From Candidatus Methylomirabilis sp. (GTDB taxonomy: Bacteria; Muiribacteriota; Ozemobacteria; Ozemobacterales; Ozemobacteraceae): a stretch of DNA of 64,000 bases. Each line of letters opens with the position of its first letter. The stretch's first letter is position 1. This document shows, piece by piece, positions 55,850 through 64,000 of this stretch. Under the pieces are notes generated by a model, which worked only from the letters and a program-made list of their open reading frames with translations, had not been told where the DNA came from and made no database searches. Made by a program: the position numbers and the translations under genes. The stretch covers positions 45,129 through 109,128 of the forward strand of contig DYKG01000003.1 of assembly GCA_020722725.1 (NCBI GenBank). Reading direction: 5' to 3'.

Positions 55850-55872
55850 ATCAAGAACAGGAGAAACGGGCA

Positions 55873-56352
55873 ATGACCGAAGCGCATGCAGCTATGCTGG
55901 CCGGCGTGAAAGATTTTGTCCTGCAGAATTTTCCTGAATACGAAATCTATGACGTCACTTTCAAGCCGTTCAACCGTTCTATGCTGCTCGAAGTATTTAT
56001 TGACAGCCCGGAAGGAGTTACGGTTAAAGATTGTGAAAAGGTTTCGCGGGCCCTGAGCGACCACCTTGACGAAACGGATCTCATCCACTGTACCTACACC
56101 CTGGAAGTATCTTCGCCGGGCGTTGAGCGATTGTTCAAACGCCAGGTCGATTTTGAGCGCCATGTTGGCAAGCTGGTAAAGTGGACACTGGTAAACGAAG
56201 GCCGCAAAGAGGTTTTTCGGGCCAGACTTCAGGAGTTCAGCCCCGAAAAAATTGTAGTCCGATCAGAGAAGGGGCTCCGGGAATTCCCTTTGTCAGTGGT
56301 TAAAGAAGCACATGCAGTTTTGGAATTCCCACCCAGGATGAACCGGGGATAA
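55873..56352 (+). CDS. rimP: Ribosome maturation factor RimP
   Basis: VFID..GVTVKDCEKVSRALS..LD, YTLEVSSPG; upstream of nusA. Confidence 0.95.
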   Translation: MTEAHAAMLAGVKDFVLQNFPEYEIYDVTFKPFNRSMLLEVFIDSPEGVTVKDCEKVSRALSDHLDETDLIHCTYTLEVSSPGVERLFKRQVDFERHVGKLVKWTLVNEGRKEVFRARLQEFSPEKIVVRSEKGLREFPLSVVKEAHAVLEFPPRMNRG

Positions 56353-56366
56353 GGGGAGGTAAAAAA

Positions 56367-57440
56367 ATGGCTAAAACGAGTTTAATCGAAGCATTGAAAG
56401 AAGTTATCGGTGAAAAAAACATACCAATGTCGGTTCTGGTCAAGGCGATAGAAGAAGCACTGGTGGTTGCCTATCGAAAAAATTTCGATTCCGATGAGGA
56501 TGTTATTGTTCGCCTTGATGAGGAAACCGGTGATTTCAAGGTAATATCAAGACGCACCGTAATTGCCGGTGATGATCTTGACGACCCCGACAAGCAATAT
56601 ACTCTCGAAGAAGCCCAGGAAATCGACCCCGAAGCAGAACCAGGCGATGTTGTCGAAGAAGACGTTACACCGCCCTCCTTTGGCCGTATTGCCGCCCAGA
56701 CCGCCCGTCAGGTGGTCAGCCAGAAACTCAAGGATGCCGAACGCAACATGGTATTCGAAGAGTATCAGAGCCGGGTTGGCCAGGTTCTGACCGGCAAGGT
56801 TCAGCGGGTTGAACGCCAGCATGTATTTGTTGAATTTGCCAACACCGAAGCGGTTCTGCCACCTCGCGAGCAGATTCCCGGCGAAGTATTCCGCACCAAC
56901 GACCGAATCAAATGCTATGTTTCTGAAGTAAAGCCGACCCCCAAAGGTCCACAGATAATTCTTTCGCGCAGTTCTTCAAAGTTTGTCGAAATTCTCTTCG
57001 AACAGGCCGTTCCAGAAATCCCTGATGGCCTGGTTAAGATAAAATCTTCATCACGAGAAGCAGGACTGCGTGTAAAAATTGCGGTTGCCACCTCAGACAA
57101 CCGTGTTGACCCGGTCGGTGCCTGCGTCGGCCTTAAAGGCAGTCGCATCAAGGGTATTGTTGATGAACTGAATGGTGAAAAAATCGATATCGTCCGATAC
57201 AGTGACGATCCGGTTGAATATGTCACAAATGCACTGAGTCCAGCCAAGATTCAATCGGTAAAGGTTTCAGAAGATGGAAGTTATGCTCTCGCGATTGTAG
57301 CACAGAGCCAACTGTCTCTCGCCATCGGCAAGGAAGGTCAGAATGTAAAACTGGCTTCCAAGCTAACCGGAATAAAAATCGACATCAAAACTGAAAAAGA
57401 CATTGAAAACATGGCTTCAGACAAACACACGGAAGATTGA
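56367..57440 (+). CDS. nusA: Transcription factor NusA
   Basis: FGRIAAQTARQV, S1 and KH domains, DPVGACVG, LSLAIGKEGQNV. Confidence 0.98.
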   Translation: MAKTSLIEALKEVIGEKNIPMSVLVKAIEEALVVAYRKNFDSDEDVIVRLDEETGDFKVISRRTVIAGDDLDDPDKQYTLEEAQEIDPEAEPGDVVEEDVTPPSFGRIAAQTARQVVSQKLKDAERNMVFEEYQSRVGQVLTGKVQRVERQHVFVEFANTEAVLPPREQIPGEVFRTNDRIKCYVSEVKPTPKGPQIILSRSSSKFVEILFEQAVPEIPDGLVKIKSSSREAGLRVKIAVATSDNRVDPVGACVGLKGSRIKGIVDELNGEKIDIVRYSDDPVEYVTNALSPAKIQSVKVSEDGSYALAIVAQSQLSLAIGKEGQNVKLASKLTGIKIDIKTEKDIENMASDKHTED

Positions 57441-57457
57441 CATCGCGGAGGTAATGG

Positions 57458-59878
57458 ATGGGTATAAGACTACACGAAGTAAGCAAACAGTATGATTTAA
57501 GCAATAAAGAAGTAGCCGATATTCTCGGTAAGCTGGGCTATGAAGTTAAAGCTCATCAATTTTCAGCAGTAAGCGACGAAATGCTCGAAGCACTTGAGAA
57601 ACATTTCCGAAAATCTGAACCGGCAAAAGCTGAAAAACCTCAGACAAAACCCAAACCAGCTGAATCCGTTGAATTTAAAAAAGAACCGGAAAAAAAGAAG
57701 CCCGAAACTGCTGCTGTACCTCCGTCGAAGCCAGCGGTAGCCGTTTCTGAAAAGGCACCCACTCCACCGGAAAAACTTGAACGTGAACTTGAGCGTGAAC
57801 GTGAACGTGAGCGCGAAAGAGAACGTGAAAGAGCAAAAGCAGTTCTGCTTGCTGAAGAAGAAAGAATCAAAGCAGAAAAGAAAAAGCCTGGCCCCAAGCC
57901 TGTTCGTGTTGAGGAAGAAGAAGAAGTTGAAGTCAACAAGCAGATTACTATTATAAAAACTGCGCCTCCAAAGAAAGAAATCCCAACAGCGAAAAAGAAA
58001 AAGGGCAAAAACAAGAGAGCCCATTTTTCGAAAAAGGTTCAAGCCGAAATGCGCGAAGCAGAGCGTCAAACAGAAGCAATTCTCGATCGTCACGGCCGAC
58101 CGGTTCAGTTTGAAGATGAAGAAGATGACAATGCTCTTCCCAAGCTGACGGTTCCCACTGACATCACCGTAACCCAGCTTGCCAAATATCTTGAAACAGA
58201 CGCGATCGCCCTGATCAAATCCCTTTTCTCGATGGGCGTAGTTGCCAGCCTTAACCAGCGCCTCGAGCCCGAGCACATTCAGCTCATGGGCCAGGAATAC
58301 GGCAAAGAAATAGTGTTTGCCGAAGATGTAATTGAATTTGATGAAACCCCGGATCGGGAAGAAGATCTGGCCACCAGACCCCCGGTTGTAACCATCATGG
58401 GTCACGTTGACCATGGCAAGACTTCGCTGCTCGACTTCATTCGCAAGGCACATGTTGCCGACAAGGAAGTGGGTGGCATTACCCAGCATATCGGTGCCTA
58501 TCAGGTCAAGCAGGGCAATGGCGTCATTACCTTTATCGACACCCCTGGTCATGAGGCGTTTACCGCAATGAGAGCCCAGGGTGCTCTGGTGACCGATATT
58601 GCCATTCTGGTCGTGGCCGCTGATGACGGGGTTCAGCCTCAGACCATCGAAGCAATTCACCACGCCCAGGCCGCCAATGTTCCGATTATCGTTGCGATCA
58701 ACAAAATTGATAAACACGAAGCCAACCCCGAAAGCATCAAGCAGCAGCTGATGAAACACAATCTGGTTGCTGAAGAATGGGGCGGGCAGGTCACCATGGT
58801 CAAGGTCTCAGCCAAGACCGGCCAGGGAATCGATGAACTTCTTGAAATGATCATTCTACAGGCCGAAATGATGGAACTCAAAGCCAACCCCAATCGACCG
58901 GCACAGGGCACGATCATCGAAGCCCGCCTCGACAAGGGAATGGGTCCCATCGCCACCGCCTTGATTCAGAATGGGCGCGTCAGACCAGGCGACAACATTA
59001 TCTGCGGCACCAGCTTCGGCAGAGTAAAAGCTCTGATCAACGATGCCGGAGCCAGGGTTCGTGAAGCCGGCCCCGCCTTTCCGGTTGCCGTATTAGGCTT
59101 GAATGAAGTTCCCAAAGTCGGCGACAAACTTGCTGTAGTTGAAAGCGCAAAATTTGCCCGCTACGTCGGCGAATTGCGCCAGAAGAAAGCCCGCGAAGAA
59201 CGGCTTTCACGCGAAAACCGCATCAAACTTGCCGACCTGTTCAAACAGGTTACCGAAGGCCAGACCAAAGACCTCAACATTATCATCAAAGCCGATGTTC
59301 AGGGCTCATGCGGCGCATTGAAAGACACCCTCGAAAGATTGAGCACCGACGAAGTCAAGGTTAACGTCATTCACACCGGTGTCGGCGGCATAACCGAAGC
59401 CGACGTCAATCTGGCTGCCGCCAGCAATGCAATCATCATCGGGTTCCATGTCAGACCGATGACCGGCGTTGATGAAGCCGCCAAGGATGAAGACGTTGAA
59501 ATCAAGGTTTTCAAGATCATTTACGATGCCATTGACGCGATCAAGCTTGCGCTCAAAGGCATGTATGACCCGATTTACGAAGAAGAAGTGCTTGGCCGTG
59601 CCGAAGTGCGCAAAGTCTATCGTATCACCGGCGTCGGTTCGATCTGCGGCTCTTACGTTACCAATGGCCTGGTGAACCGCCAGGCATCGGTGCGCATCGT
59701 CAGAGACGGCATTGATATCTATGAAGGCAAAATTCACTCTTTGAAACGCTTTAAAGATGATGTCAGAGAAGTGCATCAGGGCTATGAATGCGGCATCAGC
59801 GTCGAGAACTTCAATGACATCAAAGACGGCGATATTCTCGAATTCTTCCAGATGAAGGAAGTCGAAAGAGAAATCTGA
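57458..59878 (+). CDS. infB: Translation initiation factor IF-2
   Basis: RPPVVTIMGHVDHGKTSLLD, GGITQHIG, DTPGHEAF, NKID, SLKRFKDDV. Confidence 0.99.
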   Translation: MGIRLHEVSKQYDLSNKEVADILGKLGYEVKAHQFSAVSDEMLEALEKHFRKSEPAKAEKPQTKPKPAESVEFKKEPEKKKPETAAVPPSKPAVAVSEKAPTPPEKLERELERERERERERERERAKAVLLAEEERIKAEKKKPGPKPVRVEEEEEVEVNKQITIIKTAPPKKEIPTAKKKKGKNKRAHFSKKVQAEMREAERQTEAILDRHGRPVQFEDEEDDNALPKLTVPTDITVTQLAKYLETDAIALIKSLFSMGVVASLNQRLEPEHIQLMGQEYGKEIVFAEDVIEFDETPDREEDLATRPPVVTIMGHVDHGKTSLLDFIRKAHVADKEVGGITQHIGAYQVKQGNGVITFIDTPGHEAFTAMRAQGALVTDIAILVVAADDGVQPQTIEAIHHAQAANVPIIVAINKIDKHEANPESIKQQLMKHNLVAEEWGGQVTMVKVSAKTGQGIDELLEMIILQAEMMELKANPNRPAQGTIIEARLDKGMGPIATALIQNGRVRPGDNIICGTSFGRVKALINDAGARVREAGPAFPVAVLGLNEVPKVGDKLAVVESAKFARYVGELRQKKAREERLSRENRIKLADLFKQVTEGQTKDLNIIIKADVQGSCGALKDTLERLSTDEVKVNVIHTGVGGITEADVNLAAASNAIIIGFHVRPMTGVDEAAKDEDVEIKVFKIIYDAIDAIKLALKGMYDPIYEEEVLGRAEVRKVYRITGVGSICGSYVTNGLVNRQASVRIVRDGIDIYEGKIHSLKRFKDDVREVHQGYECGISVENFNDIKDGDILEFFQMKEVEREI
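57776..57834 (+). repeat. (Glu-Arg)n hexamer-type coding repeat in infB
   Basis: GAACGT/GAGCGT/GAAAGA units encoding LERELERERERERERERERA. Confidence 0.85.
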
Positions 59879-59885
59879 GCCGGCC

Positions 59886-60173
59886 ATGAGCATGATTGTC
59901 GCCATCGGCACCTTTGAATTGCATTTTCCTGAGGTTCACACCCTCAAGGAAAAGCGTCAGGTTCTCAGGTGCCTGCTTGACCGGGTTAAGGCCAGGTTCA
60001 ACGCTTCGATTGCCGAGGTTGACCACAACGATCTCTGGCAGCGCAGCACAATCGGAGTTGCTCTTGTGGCCAATGACCGCACACTGCTCGCCAAAATGGC
60101 GGGACGCATTGAAGAGATTCTGGCAGATCATGCTCAGGTCGAAATCAAGGATTATTATTGGGATTACGTATGA
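59886..60173 (+). CDS. DUF503 (YlxP) family protein
   Basis: LKEKRQV..RFNASIAEVDHNDLWQR; typical position between infB and rbfA. Confidence 0.92.
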   Translation: MSMIVAIGTFELHFPEVHTLKEKRQVLRCLLDRVKARFNASIAEVDHNDLWQRSTIGVALVANDRTLLAKMAGRIEEILADHAQVEIKDYYWDYV

Positions 60174-60514
60174 CCAGACGACAGGAAAAAGCACAGTCAC
60201 TTATTCTTCGCGAACTATCAGATTTGATCAACCGTAAAGTCCAGGATCCGAGAGTGCGCGGAGTTCATATCGTTTCGGTCGATATCAGCCCCGATTTTCA
60301 TCTGGCCCGGGTGTTTTTCAGCACCCTGAGCCAAGATCAAAACCCTGATGAAGTTCAGAAAGGCCTCGATTCTGCCAAGGCTTTTCTTCGACGCGAACTC
60401 AAAAAAGTAATTGAATTACGGGTTATTCCCGAGCTTGCCTTCAATTTCGATCCGTCGATACGCGAAGGCGATCAAATGCTCAATCTACTGCGTAAAATCA
60501 ATAAAGACAATTAA
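60170..60514 (+). CDS. rbfA: Ribosome-binding factor A
   Basis: DPRV..VDISPD..ARVF, LRVIPELAFxFDPS; ATGA overlap. Confidence 0.95.
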   Translation: MTRRQEKAQSLILRELSDLINRKVQDPRVRGVHIVSVDISPDFHLARVFFSTLSQDQNPDEVQKGLDSAKAFLRRELKKVIELRVIPELAFNFDPSIREGDQMLNLLRKINKDN

Positions 60515-60535
60515 TCGAATCATGGAAATAATCTG

Positions 60536-61531
60536 ATGTATTTTAAATGGCCGAGCCCGGAGTATGATGAGCAGGCCGCTGCCATTGCCCGCATGCTCGA
60601 TCAGGCAAAGAATGTTTTCTGTATTGCCCACCCGTTTTCAGACGGCGATGCACTTGGTTCGCAGCTGGCGTTGTATCATTTCTGCAAAGCCCACCAGAAA
60701 AATTGCTGGTGCCTGAGTTTTGACCCGCTGCCCGAACAGATATCCTGGCTGGAAGGCAGTGACCGCCTGGTTTCTGAACTGCCCGCCGACGTTGATTTCG
60801 ACCTGGCATTTTTGATGGAAACCACCGATTCCAGGCGCATGGGTGACCGAGTCAGCTTTTTTGAGCGGGCCAAAACCACGGTACACCTTGACCACCACGT
60901 TGAAGTGATCGGTCTTGGCAAGATAAACCTGCTTGACGACAAGGCTTCGTCAACCTGCGAAATTCTCTACAATGTTTTCGAAAAAACCGGTAAATCGCTC
61001 AGCCAGGCTTGCTGTGCCGCGCTGTATGTAGGCATCATGACCGACACGGGCAATTTCCGCTACAACAATTCGACTCCCAGGGCTCATGACATTGTGGCAC
61101 GACTGATTGAAAATGGCCTGACCGTCGATGAAATCTACAAAAAAGTTTACGAAACCACCAATTATAACAGTGTTATCATTCATGGCCTTGCCATGTCTCG
61201 AACCGCGCAGCACTGCGGCGGCAAACTGGTAACCAGCTGGTTGAAGCTCGATGATTTTTCCCGTATCGGCGCAACCGAGGTCGATGCCGATGGCTGTATC
61301 AGGCATTTGAGCTGCATAAAGGGAATTGAGGTGGCAATTCTGTTCAAAGAAGTCGAAGGCAACAAAGTTAAAATCAGCTTCAGATCGACCGGCAAAATCG
61401 ACGTAATGGAAATCAGCCGACGCATGCATGGCGGCGGGCATAGACTGGCTGCCGGCGCCCAGGTTGACGGCGAACTTGAGCCGGTGATGCAGCAGATTAT
61501 CACCATGGTATCATCGGTGCTGGAGAGTTGA
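60536..61531 (+). CDS. nrnA: DHH/DHHA1 oligoribonuclease / pAp phosphatase NrnA
   Basis: DGDALGS, DHH, SSTCEI, TDTGNFRY, ISFRS, GGGHRLAAG; canonical rbfA-truB position. Confidence 0.9.
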   Translation: MYFKWPSPEYDEQAAAIARMLDQAKNVFCIAHPFSDGDALGSQLALYHFCKAHQKNCWCLSFDPLPEQISWLEGSDRLVSELPADVDFDLAFLMETTDSRRMGDRVSFFERAKTTVHLDHHVEVIGLGKINLLDDKASSTCEILYNVFEKTGKSLSQACCAALYVGIMTDTGNFRYNNSTPRAHDIVARLIENGLTVDEIYKKVYETTNYNSVIIHGLAMSRTAQHCGGKLVTSWLKLDDFSRIGATEVDADGCIRHLSCIKGIEVAILFKEVEGNKVKISFRSTGKIDVMEISRRMHGGGHRLAAGAQVDGELEPVMQQIITMVSSVLES

Positions 61532-61533
61532 AA

Positions 61534-62490
61534 ATGACAGACGGCCTGCTTGTCGTTTACAAACCCATCGGCCTTTCTTCTCACGATGTGATCGACAAAA
61601 TTCGGCGAATTTACCGGATAAAATGCGGTCATGCCGGCACCCTCGACCCGATGGCCCAGGGCGTATTGCTGGTTTTTACCGGCAAAGCGCTGAAGTTGAT
61701 CAATTTCATAACTCCCGATCACCTCGATAAAACCTATTTAATGAAAGTTTCGCTCGGCGCAACCACCGACACTTACGATGCCACCGGGCAAATCACCTCT
61801 GCCGCCGAACAGCCCGCAGACTTCACCAGCGACGCACTGATTGCCGAACTTCGCAACTTCGTCGGCTCGTATGACCAGGTTCCGCCGGCATTTTCAGCAA
61901 TCAAAGTCGGCGGCAAACGTGCTTATGCTCTGGCCCGCGCCGGAGAAGAAGTAAAACTTTCGAGCCGCAAAGTTCATGTAACCTCTATTCGCCTGGTTCA
62001 GGACTACCATGACGGTCAGAGGCGCAACCTGGTTCTGCGGGTTCATTGCTCGCGCGGCACTTATGTACGCTCAATCGCCCATGATCTTGGCCAGAAGCTT
62101 GGTTGTGGCGGATATCTTTCTTATCTGCTGCGTGAGCGTGTCGGCAAATGGCCTTTCAATCAAGCTTTTCCATTCTGGAAAATCGAAAAGGGCATAGATT
62201 TTACCGATTCGCCTGCGTTTGTCGAGTTCTCGCATATTCTGCCCTTTCCCCGCCTGCACTTGAGTGAAGAGGCTGAAGCCAAGGTAAAGAATGGTCTTTC
62301 GATCGGTTTTAAAGACATCAGCAAAGTCGAAGGCGAAGCCCTCGATACCGAAGATGCGGGCAAAGTTCAGATTATTTCTACAACCGGCCGAGTGATGGCA
62401 ATTTACGAGCCGCGCCGCAAACCTGATAAAACGGGTAAACCGCAGGTTCGGCTGGTTCCGGTACGGGTGTTTCCTGAAGATGAAGCTTAA
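61534..62490 (+). CDS. truB: tRNA pseudouridine(55) synthase
   Basis: KPxGxSSHD, GHAGTLDPMAxGVL, QVPPAFSAIK, CSRGTYVRS. Confidence 0.96.
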   Translation: MTDGLLVVYKPIGLSSHDVIDKIRRIYRIKCGHAGTLDPMAQGVLLVFTGKALKLINFITPDHLDKTYLMKVSLGATTDTYDATGQITSAAEQPADFTSDALIAELRNFVGSYDQVPPAFSAIKVGGKRAYALARAGEEVKLSSRKVHVTSIRLVQDYHDGQRRNLVLRVHCSRGTYVRSIAHDLGQKLGCGGYLSYLLRERVGKWPFNQAFPFWKIEKGIDFTDSPAFVEFSHILPFPRLHLSEEAEAKVKNGLSIGFKDISKVEGEALDTEDAGKVQIISTTGRVMAIYEPRRKPDKTGKPQVRLVPVRVFPEDEA

Positions 62491-63412
62491 GAATCTTCTA
62501 TCCGGAAATCTTCAGATCGGGCCATGCATTCTTGGCATCGGCACCTTTGATGGCGTACATCTCGGACATCGCGCTCTGATTGAAAAAATCATCGCCAAAG
62601 CCCGAAGATGCTCTTTGCCGGCAGTGATATTCACTTTTGACCACTCGCCCCGCAAGTTTCTCAGCCCTGAAATTTTCAAGGGCTACCTGACAACCCCTGA
62701 AGAAAAATTCAGTCTGTTGCTCGGTACCGGCATAGATTATGTGGTTTTTCGGCCATTCGACGAGGTTTTTGCCCGAGTTTCAGATCAGCGGTTTGTCGAA
62801 GATATAATTTGCGCCAACCTTGATGCCCGCACCACCTTCGTCGGCTTCAATTTCTTTTTTGGCGCGGGACGCAGCGGCACTGCCGAGCGACTGGCCGGCC
62901 TGCTGCGCAGTAATGGGCGAGAGTGCGACGTAATCGACCCGGTGAAAATCGATGGCGAAGTGGTAAGCAGCTCAATCATTCGCGAAGCAGTAGCTGCCGG
63001 TGATTTTGTCAGAGCCAACCGCTTTCTCGGCCGCGAATCTTCTTTTTCAGGCGAAGTGGTGCATGGCGATCACCGGGGCCGCGAAATGGGCTACCCGACT
63101 GCCAACCTGCAACTCGAGCAGAGTGAAAAGATTCTGCCGCCCAACGGTGTTTATGCCTGTTTCGCCGACACCCCGCACGGCAGCCATTACGCCATTGTGA
63201 ATGTCGGTTTCAGACCAACTTTCAACCGCTCAAATCATCTGCTTGAAGCTCATCTTCTCGAATTCAACCATGACCTGTATCACCGCACCATACGAATTCG
63301 CTTCGTAAAAAGAATCAGAGAAGAAAAAAAGTTTCCCGACATGGAAAGCCTGTGCCAGCAGATTCGCCTCGACCAGGCCGCCGCCGAGATGATTCTGGCT
63401 CAACCCATCTGA
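62480..63412 (+). CDS. ribF: Bifunctional riboflavin kinase / FAD synthetase
   Basis: GTFDGVHLGH, SSSIIR, GYPTAN, GVYA, PTF, EAHLLEF. Confidence 0.96.
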   Translation: MKLKNLLSGNLQIGPCILGIGTFDGVHLGHRALIEKIIAKARRCSLPAVIFTFDHSPRKFLSPEIFKGYLTTPEEKFSLLLGTGIDYVVFRPFDEVFARVSDQRFVEDIICANLDARTTFVGFNFFFGAGRSGTAERLAGLLRSNGRECDVIDPVKIDGEVVSSSIIREAVAAGDFVRANRFLGRESSFSGEVVHGDHRGREMGYPTANLQLEQSEKILPPNGVYACFADTPHGSHYAIVNVGFRPTFNRSNHLLEAHLLEFNHDLYHRTIRIRFVKRIREEKKFPDMESLCQQIRLDQAAAEMILAQPI

Positions 63413-64000
63413 TCGGGTTCTTCTTTGATTAAAAACGTTTCAGCTATGCTGGCAATGGCTCGGGCTCGATGGCCAGCAGTCATATTAAGGTGAGTACCGT
63501 CTGCTATTGAAATTATCAGCTTTTTCACCGAACTTACTGCGTCATATCCGGCCTGCACCGCTTCTTTGGGAGCAATAAGATCGTGGGTGCCGTAGATCAT
63601 GCAAACCGGCGTGGTTATTTTATGAAAGGTCTGCAGATAATCAAGCTCGCCGGTGCGATCGGTGAATTTGCGCTTTTTCAGCCACGTCAGTGTCTGCAGA
63701 AAGGTTTCGACCGGCACGTTCACCGCAACGGTTTTGATCAGATAGCGAAAAAGATTTAGATCGGCAAGCCGATTGCGGTTCGTTACCGGAGTTGCAGTGG
63801 TAAGGCAGGCGCAGAGAACCCGCCCCAGAACCTTTATGGGAACAGTGCGATAGCCGGTCAGTGCCGAAATTCTAACCCAGGTTCGCAATAATGGCGGATA
63901 AAGAGGTATCAGACCGTATTTGAACGGCGAAGCTGCGGTGATTACCGCCGGTGCGTCAATGATGCCAGCTGCCTGCGCGGCCATGGAAAGCATTCCGCCC
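63400..64000 (-). CDS. Alpha/beta hydrolase, 5'-truncated by the window edge
   Basis: Begins ..GGMLS (end of a probable GxSxGG elbow); PVCMIYGTHDLIAP acid motif; GTHL His motif. Confidence 0.75.
   Translation of the reverse strand, partial: GGMLSMAAQAAGIIDAPAVITAASPFKYGLIPLYPPLLRTWVRISALTGYRTVPIKVLGRVLCACLTTATPVTNRNRLADLNLFRYLIKTVAVNVPVETFLQTLTWLKKRKFTDRTGELDYLQTFHKITTPVCMIYGTHDLIAPKEAVQAGYDAVSSVKKLIISIADGTHLNMTAGHRARAIASIAETFLIKEEPDQMG

Noticed and set aside
57563..58759. 398-aa antisense ORF, and other long antisense ORFs (e.g. 5246-5965, 7900-8526, 54030-54752, 59306-59911)
   Set aside because: They lie wholly opposite well-supported genes, have no recognisable motifs, and are expected shadows of codon bias.

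Overview
Bacterial chromosomal window (standard code 11), densely coding and mostly core genes: priA(partial)-def-fmt, rex, STAS-rel-UDG, tRNA-Arg(CCT), ispG, a CUT1 ABC permease/SBP set, anmK, recA and the rimP-nusA-infB-DUF503-rbfA-nrnA-truB-ribF operon. The accessory part (about 7.8-33.8 kb) encodes a candidate cell-surface system. It has two giant tail-to-tail lipoproteins (~1500 and ~2620 aa) with Ig-like stalks and beta-propeller tips, and a pilV/pilW/pilX-like minor-pilin trio directly upstream of the larger one. It also has a secreted transglutaminase-elicitor-like protein, a pilin-head-like protein with a Sec signal and C-terminal anchor, and a second pilin pair between a diguanylate cyclase and a degenerate PP2C. 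Three large 4-TM double-periplasmic sensors share one scaffold. Smaller oddities are a rel gene with no canonical start codon, a probably leaderless giant-lipoprotein gene, two REP-like palindromes and altered PriA helicase motifs. No transposase, integrase, phage gene or CRISPR array was seen. The gene style resembles Riflebacteria-like lineages, which is unverified inference. All family calls come from motif recognition by eye, not database searches.
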